Positions 23,584 through 34,353 of a stretch of 34,353 nucleotides of DNA are shown piece by piece (position 1 is the first letter of the stretch; each line of letters starts with the position of its first letter). The position numbers and the translations under genes are program-made. Source of the DNA: Octopus bimaculoides (lineage: Eukaryota); the NCBI RefSeq assembly GCF_001194135.2, contig NC_068986.1, positions 84,177,374-84,211,726 of the forward strand, written 5' to 3'. Below the pieces are notes generated by a model. That model had not been told where the DNA came from. It worked only from the letters and a program-made list of their open reading frames with translations, and ran no database searches.

Positions 23584-23630
23584 ACGTCTGTGATAGGACG
23601 GCTTTAACAAGTCGAAACTAGTCGAGATGC
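23584..23630 (+). other. Decayed minimal hammerhead-like motif (Penelope-type)
   Basis: GAC-loop-GTC-GAAACTAGTC-GAGATG, with palindromic ACTAGT stem III and a GTC site; the 5' core reads GTGATAG instead of CTGANGA. Confidence 0.35.
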
Positions 23631-23835
23631 TCTCCGGTTCCTCCAACAAAAATGAAATCTTATGATGTAACTTCACGGTCTATTAATGTAGTAAGACTAA
23701 ATGCACGTTTGTACGTATGTATTAAGTATGCATGCAGGTGTGTGTGTACGTATGTTTGTATGTGTATAAGTACGCCTGTACACATACACATGCATATACA
23801 TAAAAGTAGGCGATATTCTCTCGAATATGTGTGTG

Positions 23836-23869
<34 letters not shown>

Positions 23870-23938
23870 CTGAGATAAGGCATTGTTAAGTTTTGTCTTT
23901 CTACTGTTCATGTTACATACATGCATAAATACAAACGC

Positions 23939-24038
<100 letters not shown>

Positions 24039-24904
24039 GTACATATATATATTTATATATATGTGTGTGTGAGTGTGTTTATCTGTAAATATATTTATAC
24101 GTCTGTATGCGGGTGCGTATGTGCGTATGTATATATATATATATATATATATGTTTGCTATATATGTATGTGTTTATGTGTGTGTGTGCGCGCGCACGTA
24201 CGGCGCGTTTGGTTGAAAGAAGAAAGGAATAATAATTATAGAAAAAAAGGTAGAAGTGTAATAATGGAGATGGAGTGGAGTAGAAGAATTGGAAGGAAAA
24301 AGCAGTTGAGAAAAAAAGCAACAAAAACGATTTAGTATTTGAAAGACTTTTTAATTGAATTTGCCATAGTTTCATGAGATTGTTGTAAGCAAGCCAGGTC
24401 TAGAATGGTGGGACAATGCTACCCTCCGTATAACTGGGCAAATACAGACACAAGGAATAAATATTTACACAAGCCTAGGGTAACACTGCAACTTGTATAC
24501 AAATAAACTCACGTATATGTATTAAGCACATGTACTATAGACAAAATGTGCTCAATCAAAAATAAATATATGCAATAAAACACAAATACGCACATATTGA
24601 CGTATACACGAATATAGCGTTGAATGCATAAATGCGCATACAGATTGTCGAAAACACAAATGTAACTATGTAAAATTATGCACACAAATAGACACAAATG
24701 CATTAATAGTTACGCGTGTTCAAACTTACTCACACGTATGTAAGACCTGAAGAGTAATATATAACAAAGTAGGACCGGTCGAGAAAGAAACCATAATACG
24801 TAAGCTTGTTAGTCATGGACTGCCAAGCCAAGAGACAGGTTGTACAGTGTAACAGATACAAGAGAGTGTTTTGCATTAACATCGGCAAAACGACGATGCT
24901 GTTA

Positions 24905-25150
24905 ATCAATTATGAAGACTAACAACCAGAAACAAAAGATATTTGAGATGATAAGTATTGACAACAGTTAAATTAAAGGAGACTTGTTGAGTGTTTATAA
25001 GTTCAATGGCGTTGAGAAATGAAAAGTCTAGTTTTCCAAGATCTAGCCATTAGAAATCAATCAGGAACGATAACCACGTTGCTAGTCGGGCTGCCGGTAT
25101 CTGCTATCGGATAGCCATACGAAGAACATCATCTTTCTTTACTGCTCGCT
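24905..25150 (+). mobile_element. Old CR1-type LINE ORF2 C-terminal remnant with stops and frameshifts
   Basis: Motifs in the expected order across frames: NYED*, MISIDNS*IKGDLLSVYKFNGVEK (compare SLExRRLRGDLIxVYK), then CYRIAIRRTSSFFTAR (compare CRLxIRKxFFSxR). Confidence 0.45.
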
Positions 25151-25225
25151 GAAGGATAACAATTTGAAAAATTACCCTTTCTAATCTTTTCTTTTGAGTT
25201 TTCTTGTAATATATTTAGTTTGTCG

Positions 25226-25299
<74 letters not shown>

Positions 25300-25412
25300 C
25301 CAAAGGTGAGGTGCTGCGTTCACATTACCAAATTACTATAGTACACAGTGTGCAAACAAGAGTATAAATTCTATACAAACTATTAGTTCTTTGCTATAAG
25401 CACACATATATG

Positions 25413-25628
25413 TTTTATTTTTTACTTGTTTCAGTCACAAAAACTGCATCTATGCTGGAGCGCTGCCTTAAAGGGCTTAGCCGAATAAATCGACCCCACC
25501 ACTTATATTTTTGATCTCCTTTGACGAACGAGGACATTTACAAACTAACACCAGTTGTCAAGCAATGGTGGAACGAAACACAAACTTACACATGAACATA
25601 TGCACATAAACATAAATATGTATGCATA

Positions 25629-25661
<33 letters not shown>

Positions 25662-25825
25662 GTGCATACAACGGGACGCCACACAGGTTCCGTATAACAA
25701 ATTCAATCTAATTGATCGGTGCAGGGCTATAATAGTAGGTACTTGTCCAAGGTGCCACACAGTGGGATTGAACTCCAAACCACATGATTGCAAGGCGAAC
25801 TTCTTATTACTCAGCCATGCCTGCA
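25413..25825 (-). mobile_element. Full-length family B SINE, diverged
   Basis: TTACTTGTTTCAGTC..ATGCTGGAGCGCTGCC tail and CCAAGGTGCCACACAGTGGGATTGAACTC head/CORE region on the plus strand. Confidence 0.85.
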
Positions 25826-26269
25826 TATTTAAATGTATGTATTTTTTCTTTATTTCTTTATATATTGAGAAGTTAACACTTCATCATGCATGTTTGCTCT
25901 TCTAATTATTTGCGATAAACAAGCAGAGGTTACTGTATACAAATGCAAAGGAATATTTATATATATCGCGAGAAACAGTGGAAAGAGATCTTTGCTTGGT
26001 ACGTAAAAACGATTATGAAAATGTAAAGATACACGCACACAAACGTAATCGTGCATACGTATACGCGCGCACGCGCGCACACACACACGCACACACACAC
26101 AAACACACAAACATGCTTATATAACAAGGGAGAGAGAGAGAAAGAAGAAAGGAGAAAGAGACAGAAGCAAAGATAAGATGAGACAGGAAGAAAGAAAGAT
26201 ACCCGAAGAGAAATAGAAATAGCTTACAGCATATTATTATCTCTCATGTGGAGGAGAATGTTCACCTAA

Positions 26270-26343
<74 letters not shown>

Positions 26344-26521
26344 NNNNNNNNNNNNNNNNNNNNNNNNNNNNNNNNNNNNNNNNNNNNNNNNNNNNNNNNN
26401 NNNNNNNNNNNNNNNNNNNNNNNNNNNNNNNNNNNNNNNNNNNNNNNNNNNNNNNNNNNNNNNNNNNNNNNNNNNNNNNNNNNNNNNNNNNNNNNNNNNN
26501 NNNNNNNNNNNNNNNNNNNNN

Positions 26522-26579
<58 letters not shown>

Positions 26580-27034
26580 GCACCAGGCCTAAATATATAT
26601 ATATATATAGAAATAACACACACGCACACATGTTTGTGTGTGTATTTGTGTGTGCGTGTGTGTGTGTGTGTATACGCGCGTATGTGTGAAAAACAAAGCG
26701 TCACAGTGAGTGAGAATTAGGGGGAAACAACCGGTGTTTGTTTCCAAAAGATTGTTCTGATGCTTCATCATTCCATTTCAAAATGGCTTTGAGAATGTAA
26801 AACAACTTTGCTCCGTTCTGAGTGCACCTTCTGTTGCAGTTATCACACATTCATGCATTTATCTGCAATTGGTATGCAGACATTCGAGAGAGCTGCTAAC
26901 AAGCGCTAAACTTGCATTTAACATTTTCTTTACATGACATTGATGTAAAGCAGGCGTTATTTATATTGCATGTCCGCTTCATCTCACCATCTGACCTCAC
27001 TAACTTTGGGCTTTTATGTTATATGTTCATGTTT

Positions 27035-27078
<44 letters not shown>

Positions 27079-27502
27079 ATTTTTTTATGCCAGTGTGTGT
27101 GTTTGGTATGCGTGCGTTTGCTTATGCTTCTACGTGCGTATGTGCGTGTATGTGTTTGAAGATGAGTACAAATATATATGTACATATATCTTTGTATATA
27201 TGCAAATCCGTATGTATGTATGTATGTACGTACGTACGTACGTACGTACGTATGTATGTATGTATGCATGTACGTTTCTACGTTCCTATATATGTATGTA
27301 TGTACGTACGTACTTATGTATAATTGTTTCGTCTGCAACTGTTTTGAAGGAGACTTGCGAAAATGGGTGCTTCATGTAGGCAAAGTAAAAGAGGAGGAGG
27401 AAGCAAATGAGAAAAACAAACTGAGTGTTACAAACAATGTTACATTTTGTACCAGAACGAGGTTGGAACCATCTTCTGACAGAAAAGATTCACCATGAGG
27501 AA

Positions 27503-27590
27503 AAGAAGAAGAAGAAGAAGAAGAAGAAGAAGAAGAAGAAGAAGAAGAAGAAGAAGAAGAAGAAGAAGAAGAAGAAGAAGAAGAAGAAGG

Positions 27591-27685
<95 letters not shown>

Positions 27686-27686
27686 A
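27503..27686 (+). repeat. Compound (GAA)n(TAA)n(GAA)n microsatellite
   Basis: Direct reading. Confidence 0.97.
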
Positions 27687-27840
27687 CGAATAGGTAAATG
27701 GGGTTTTATTGATGTGTAGGGAACGAGAAGAGGAAAGTAGTTGCTATTATTCCATTTGCCCAGAGCCATTCAGTTGCCAAGCCTGGGCCCTGAGTACCTT
27801 TAGCGAAGTAGACCATATAAGACAACGATGTCTCCTACTT

Positions 27841-28552
27841 GGGATCTTTTCTGGTTGACAGCCACTTTTCAATTTCAATTTTTGTCCCAATCGGTTTCAT
27901 ATTTGGTGTATTGGTGCAGTTTTGTATGGTAATCATTGACATAAGATTCATTTTCGCCATAAGTCAATAAAGAGTTAATAACTTTTAAAGTTTGCTAATT
28001 TTGGGTAATTTTCATCAATAGAAAGCCACAGACATATAGGTGCATGTTTTCATAGTAATAAGCCAAGCTGTTACCATGCTGTTTACCTATGTAGTCATGT
28101 TCCCTTATTAAATGCTTAAAACACATAAGGGATGAGCTAGTCGTGAGATGTGCTATAAGCAATAGCTAAACAAGCCTTAGATCACGCACCAATTTTTTTT
28201 TCGCATAATCATATGAATTCCTGTGTGTACGATACAATTTCGCAAAAATTTTCTGAAAATTCCAAAAATGTTATGAGGGGGTTATAAGGATGCATAAAGG
28301 AGAATTCCGCCAATATTTCATTTGTTTACAGTTGACAACACGTGCAGTCAGGCATACAATGACAGGTTCCTAATCCTGTTTTCTGACTGAGTAAAAATTA
28401 TCAAGCTTTAAACCTCTATAACATTTTAAAATATTTTTTTCTGCAAAAAGTGAATTAACCTCTGAGATTCAGCGTGGAAAATTACATCAATACACCAAAT
28501 TAAAAAAATTTCAGTATACTTTCAAATTTCCACAGGTGTGGAAAAGTTCCCC
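27841..28552. mobile_element. Non-autonomous foldback DNA element with ~160-bp imperfect TIRs
   Basis: Three collinear inverted matches: GGGATCTTTTC vs GAAAAGTTCCC, ATTTGGTGTATTG vs CAATACACCAAAT, and TTTAAAGTTTGCTAATTTT vs AAAATTATCAAGCTTTAAA. Confidence 0.6.
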
Positions 28553-29293
28553 TTTTTGAAGATGTCTTCTTCCCTCCTTCCCACCAGAAGCAGGTCCTAG
28601 AAAGGACCACGAGCATTGCCTCTTCTTTCAGACTAATCGATAACTTAATGTATACGGGACTGATTTATATTTCTATAATGTACTGTATATGGGAATGAAA
28701 TATTAATAGAAAACATAGCGAAGGAAGATAAAGCAAGATGTGTGAAGGCGACTCAGTCGGCTGGAATTATATTCTGGGATAGGACGGTTGTTCATCACAA
28801 TTGTATCTCACCACAGGAGTTTAATACGTGTTTCGCTGAGTGACAGACTTAAAGACGTCTAAAACAGAAATATCGCAGTCGTATACGATCACAATTTTTT
28901 TTATTTAGCTCGAATAATGGTGGCTAATAAGATGTTAGCAACAGCAGTAGCAGTAGTAGTTTTGGTGGTGGCGTTGGTAGTGCTGTAGGTGATGCTGGTA
29001 GTAATTTTAATAATAGTAGTTATAGTGGTGAGCAAGTAGTAGTAGTAGTAGTAGAAGAAGAAGAAGAAGAAGAAGAAGAAGAAGAAAACAATGATACAAA
29101 ATGTAGATAGAAATACAACGAAGAAAAGAAACTTAGAAAAAAGGGAAGGAAGAAAATAAAGAGAAAGATTTTAAAAAATTATAAAATGTAAGAAAACGGA
29201 ATATATCGTAAACGATCATTCATTTATGAAAGGGAAATTTAAACCAGATACAAATGAGTATGTGGTTTCAAATCTTTGTCCAATACTTATGAA

Positions 29294-29766
29294 CAGTGGT
29301 TCTTGAATATTCTTTGTAGTGCCTTTTTTTTATGAAAAGTCGTTTTAAAAAATTCCTTCAATCAAATAGATGTCCAGTGATTCATTATACATATTTTCTT
29401 ATGCCATCCCTCCCAGCATGTGTCTCTTTCTTGATAAAATTGCATACACTGGCAACCCTCTATTAAATTTTTGGGGAAATTATTAAAGAAGACTAAGACT
29501 TATATAACAAAATTATAATAGACCTTGGCTCCTCATCAGTCATGCTTGCTCACTTATAACACAAGGTTCTATTGATATTATAATGAAGAAAAAAATTCTG
29601 TCTTGGAACATGTGTTAAATATAAATATTGTAACTGGTTTAAATTTTTCCTTCTTTTTTCAAAAAATAAAAAGAAAAAAAATCACTTCAAGTGCCACGAC
29701 AGCGCCTCCCTTTGTGAGCTAACAACATCCTGAAGGAGGTGCTACCGCCCAGGTTAAGAACCATTA
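29294..29766. mobile_element. hAT-type (Charlie-like) MITE
   Basis: Termini CAGTGGTTCTT and GGTTAAGAACCATTA, plus a GC-rich subterminal block (GCGCCTCCC...GCTACCGCCC). The 8-bp TSD is not clearly preserved. Confidence 0.6.
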
Positions 29767-30210
29767 TAATGATCAACACCAGGCGCCACTATATTCGCAG
29801 CTACGACTATAAATTGTTCACTATTAACATTGTATGACGTTGGAAATGTAGGTCTAAGATGTTATTCGGTTTAATATTTCATTAACGACCTTAACTTGGC
29901 GTAAACCCAATTATTAGTAAATGTAATGCAGTTTGCGCTTTGTCGATCTCAATCGATATGGTGCTAAAAGTTAAATATATCAATGTCTCAGGCTTATAAT
30001 ATATTCAGCTACGTTGATCTCGTTTAGAAATACACGTAGTTGCTGATGTTTGCTGAATAGTTTAAGGTTTTCATTAATTCTGTAAATAAAAGGAAACTTA
30101 ATGTTTGTGTTTGTTTCCTTTAATGTAATTCATCAGAAAGTAAGATAAGCACACTGCACAAAAGACGATAAATATTATACTTAACATATGTGAAGGCCTT
30201 CAGATGAAAG

Positions 30211-30500
30211 ACAGCTATTTCCTATATAATATATAGTAACTTCTATCAACCAACAAGTAAATGAAAAGACTTTTGACTATAGGACAAACATTTATTGACT
30301 TCAAGTAGAAGGAACTGGTTAACTTATTTAACTGTTATATCTGAACCAGAAGATAATTTTTACATAATATATAGTATCTTTCAATAAATATTAATTTCCG
30401 TCAACCAAAAAATGAATGAAAAAGCTTTTGACTATAAGACAAACATGTAGTAACTCCAAGTACAAAGAATCGGTTAACTTATTTAACAGCTATTTCTGCA
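30211..30500 (+). repeat. Diverged tandem duplication, period ~155 bp
   Basis: CTTTTGACTATA(G/A)GACAAACAT and GGTTAACTTATTTAAC each occur twice; TCAACCAA at 30246 and 30401. Confidence 0.8.
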
Positions 30501-30846
30501 TGGGTGATAACGCTAAATAAGACAGTAAAATATAGCTATAAATATCTTAAATTTAGATGTAGAAAATATTTAATGCTTTAATTAGTAACAAAAGTTAATA
30601 TTAAATAATTCAAAACGCTTGCATCTTAATGTTAATAATGGCGCCTACGTATAGATATTTTTTGATTCTCTCATTGATTTAGACGAATATGGGACCCAAC
30701 GGTTCGATTAATGACACTACCAGCCCAGTGTACAGTAGTGTAAAATAGGTGAGTATCCGTTGACATTTCAACCCATAACGTAATATTTAGGCAACCTTAC
30801 TGTGACACTGTGTGCAACAAGACTGACTTCAGAACTGAAATTACAA

Positions 30847-30847
<1 letters not shown>

Positions 30848-30930
<83 letters not shown>
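30848..30930 (+). repeat. (CA)n microsatellite
   Basis: Direct reading. Confidence 0.97.
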
Positions 30931-30932
<2 letters not shown>

Positions 30933-30936
30933 CCAC

Positions 30937-31152
30937 TGTCTTTGTGTCTGTGTTTGTCCCCCACAACCGCTTGACAACTGGTGTTCGTAGGTTTACGTCA
31001 CCCTTAACTTAACAGCTCAGTAAAAGAACAATATAATGGGTACAAGGCTTAAAAAGAGAAAATAAGTACTGGAGCTAATCGATTCATTGTACTAAAAATT
31101 CTTCCAGGCTATGCCTCTGTATTGCCGCAGTCTAATGACTGAAACAAGCAAT
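30937..31152 (+). mobile_element. Family B SINE, 3' half
   Basis: TGTGTCTGTGTTTGTCCCCCACAACCGCTTGACAAC...GCCGCAGTCTAATGACTGAAACAAG. Confidence 0.85.
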
Positions 31153-31806
31153 AGTACTGTCGCATACAGACGGGAAGCCAACAGTTTTAATAACCACTGG
31201 TAGAAAGGCTAAAATCAAAGCATTTATCAGCTTCATTTCGGATATGTTCCTTGTATGGGAAATTCGAAGCTTAAACTAATTTTTGATTAAAGAGATGCAA
31301 GAGTTTTCTAGTGATTGAGTTAGTATTGTAACATGCAATAATTTCTTTCATCAATGTGTGCTGTAAACTATAAAGAAAAGATAAACGGAACATTTCGAAT
31401 ATCATAACTTTCTTATGAAGAGGAATTGATAAAAGCCATTCCGGTCGGAAATCCAAAACGAATTTCAGATTCACATGAGCTGTAACATTCATGACATTCT
31501 GGATGGACAAACTGCAGGAGCATCAATCGACTGTCGACGATGATAATTCAAATGAATGTTAGAAATGACATTGATATAACCAGTAATAGCTACAACTGCT
31601 GCAATAACTACCGCAACATCAAGATCAGTCAGTCTCGCTCGTATATTAGGTTACATGGTAAATGAAATTGTGCGGCCTGAAGCAAAACATTACAAATACG
31701 ATTTGGAGGAGTGTTAGTAGTCTAGTGCAACAAAGGTACCAGTTCAGGCACATAAGCTGATAGGCAACAAGGAAAATAGCAAAAGTAGCAATAATAGCAC
31801 ATATAA

Positions 31807-32022
31807 TCTTTTATCTTTTACTTGTTTCAGTTATTAGACCACGACCATGCTGGGGCACCACCTGGAAATTTTAGTCGAGTGAATCGACCCCAGTATTTAT
31901 TTGTTTTAAGCGTGATACTTATTCTTTTGGTCTCTTTTACCAAACCACTCAGTTACGGAGATGCAAACACACCAACACTGGCTGTCAAGCGGGGGTGGTG
32001 GGGCAAACACGGAGGCGAAGAC
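31807..32022 (-). mobile_element. Family B SINE, 3' half
   Basis: TTTTACTTGTTTCAGTTATTAGACCACGACCATGCTGGGGCACC...CTGTCAAGCGGGGGTGGTGGGGCAAACAC. Confidence 0.85.
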
Positions 32023-32821
32023 GCGTATACACATAGATTTATAAATACATACATACATACATACACACACTCACACACACAGAAATACACACACTCATAA
32101 ATATTAAAGGAAATAGAGAAATACAACTGACATATTATAAATTTATTAACATTATATGATATAATTATACTATAAAAAGACATAATAAAATATAACAAAT
32201 AATTGAAACAAATATATATCCTACAATTTGCTTCGATTCATATCCACTGGTGAATTTATAAAAATTTCACATTTATGTATATGAATCTCGTCAGAGTAAT
32301 ATTTGTCTAAAAAATAGACAAAAATTTCATGCAAGGTCTGCTATATATATATATATATATNNNNNNNNNNNNNNNNNNNNNNNNNNNNNNNNNNNNNNNN
32401 NNNNNNNNNNNNNNNNNNNNNNNNNNNNNNNNNNNNNNNNNNNNNNNNNNNNNNNNNNNNNNNNNNNNNNNNNNNNNNNNNNNNNNNNNNNNNNNNNNNN
32501 NNNNNNNNNNNNNNNNNNNNNNNNNNNNNNNNNNNNNNNNNNNNNNNNNNNNNNNNNNNNNNNNNNNNNNNNNNNNNNNNNNNNNNNNNNNNNNNNNNNN
32601 NNNNNNNNNNNNNNNNNNNNNNNNNNNNNNNNNNNNNNNNNNNNNNNNNNNNNNNNNNNNNNNNNNNNNNNNNNNNNNNNNNNNNNNNNNNNNNNNNNNN
32701 NNNNNNNNNNNNNNNNNNNNNNNNNNNNNNNNNNNNNNNNNNNNNNNNNNNNNNNNNNNNNNNNNNNNNNNNNNNNNNNNNNNNNNNNNNNNNNNNNNNN
32801 NNNNNNNNNNNNNNNNNNNNN

Positions 32822-32864
<43 letters not shown>

Positions 32865-32911
32865 TAATAATAATAATAATGATGATGATGGTGATGATGA
32901 TGATGACGATG

Positions 32912-32968
<57 letters not shown>

Positions 32969-32980
32969 CAACAACAACAA
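32822..32980 (+). repeat. (AAT)n/(GAT)n/(AAC)n compound microsatellite
   Basis: Direct reading. Confidence 0.95.
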
Positions 32981-33896
32981 GAGCACTCAGAGAGCGCAAA
33001 CCTCCGCAAAGGGAACACCAACTTCCTCTCAACGATTAACCAGAGATCATTTTTAAAATGAGAATATCTGAAATAAACTCGACTGTTCTCAGAAACGAGA
33101 AAACTAAAAATGAACGCGATCGCTCTCAAAAATTAAGTAAAAAAAAAAAAAAAAACAGAAAAATAATCCAGAATCCTTGTCCGGTTAGTCATGGAATGTG
33201 AAGTTGGCTGTAGAAAATTTAGTAACAGTAATAAATAGTTTATCTTTATCTAATACAAGTCAAATTTAACAAATTCACCAGTCAAAATAGTTTCAAAGGC
33301 GGGGGTTATAGTAAGTTCTACTCAGGAATTTTTAAATGAATAACCTGAGACCTTTTGCTTTTCTATTCTCGTGAATTCTGGCCTTCCTTTAATATTCCTG
33401 TTGTTTTAGATCGATGTATAGGCGTATGTATATATGTAAGTATACTGTAAAGTGTTAATATGTATGTATAATATATAATATATATTATAAAAAATATGTT
33501 AGTGGTATTTTATTTCTGAACAGCTTTGCTGCTGTTTGTTTATGTAGCATGATTTCTTTATCCATCACGTTCTACTAAGATAGAGACGAGAGTAAAATTA
33601 ATAATAGAGAAACGAAAATAAAACAGCCTAAAGGGAGATAATTGAGAAAGACTTGAAAGTCAACGTAAGATCGTAATCATGTAATGCAAAGTAAATATAA
33701 CAAATTATCTAAAATCCTTGTCCGGTAACGGATCGATCCCAAAATCTAATCAGTTCATACCAGTCTCAAGGCCAAACATCCATGAAAGTTTCATCCGAAA
33801 CCAACCAGCGGTTCCTAAGCTATCTTGTCCACAGACAAACAAACAAACAAACAGGACTGAACACAACACTTCCGCCTTCGCTAAGGCGGAGGTAAT
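32978..33896 (-). mobile_element. Non-autonomous Helentron-type element (HINE/DINE-1-like) with an internal 516-bp insert
   Basis: 5' hairpin ACTTCCGCCTT-CGCT-AAGGCGGAGGT (33868-33893), adjacent (GTTT)n microsatellite and GATGAAACTTT core, subterminal inverted repeat ACCTCCGC (33000-33007), 3' stem-loop GCACTC-AGA-GAGCGC (32983-32997), T-rich flanks on the element strand. Confidence 0.75.
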
Positions 33897-33900
33897 AATA

Positions 33901-34040
33901 CTGGCTTCAAATTTGGGCACAAAGCCAGCAATTTTAGGGTGGGGATGGCATTAGGGGCATGTAAAATATATCTAATTCACTACTGGACTGGTACTTTATT
34001 TCATCGACCCCGAAAGGATGAAGGCAAAAATTAACCACGG
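33901..34040 (-). mobile_element. Family A SINE 3' fragment
   Basis: ACTGGTACTTTATTTCATCGACCCCGAAAGGATGAAGGCAAA, preceded by the GGCACAAAGCC..AATTTT tail seen at 7047-7064. Confidence 0.8.
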
Positions 34041-34353
34041 TAGTTTTTGAATAATAATAATGAAATAAAATACAACAATAAAAATAACAACAACAAAAGC
34101 ATAAACAAATGATAAGAAGAAGAGCATCGGTAACAATTAATGAAAAAAGGAGCTAACGTGAAACATATAAAGGGAAATATCGATAATTTGATTGATTTCG
34201 ATTGATGTAAAGAATATTAAAATATTTGAGTATACCGCATCTCCATAACAAAGTTTAACAAAGACACAATGCACTAGATCTCATTGAATGTATGTGTGTG
34301 TGTATATGTATATTATATATAAACACACACACATATATATATATATATGTACA

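Noticed and set aside
26723-26745. 8-bp hairpin GGAAACAA/TTGTTTCC
   Set aside because: Short and isolated; expected by chance at this window size
30095-30140. Exact CTGATGA...GAAAC spacing on the minus strand
   Set aside because: Stem II is not closed by a proper pair and stems I and III cannot form

Overview
AT-rich, microsatellite-saturated eukaryotic genomic DNA from a short-read scaffold with 11 N-gaps (1285-1909, 6123-6481, 7368-7440, 9260-9271, 10336-10482, 12723-12971, 14550-14699, 16762-16771, 19508-19911, 26344-26521, 32361-32821). The SINE families resemble those I recall from octopus genomes, so the source is probably an Octopus species (inference, no search run). The window looks intronic or intergenic. 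I recognise no host protein-coding exon, and almost all ORFs in the supplied track are translations of microsatellites or gaps. Supported content: about 12 tRNA-derived SINE copies or fragments from three families, two CR1-type LINE 3' remnants, a Tc2/pogo-like transposon end, a hAT-type MITE, a foldback element with long imperfect TIRs, and a Helentron-type non-autonomous element (HINE/DINE-1 architecture) carrying a 516-bp insert between 25-bp direct repeats. Other notable structure: a 128-bp near-perfect palindrome, two decayed hammerhead-ribozyme-like motifs, a dense promoter-like motif cluster near 4970-5011, a tandem Grainyhead-site cluster, several close inverted SINE pairs (possible ADAR substrates), and a degenerate head-to-tail array of a 190-270 bp unit. 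I found no convincing new protein-based system. The best leads are non-coding or mobile-element structures.
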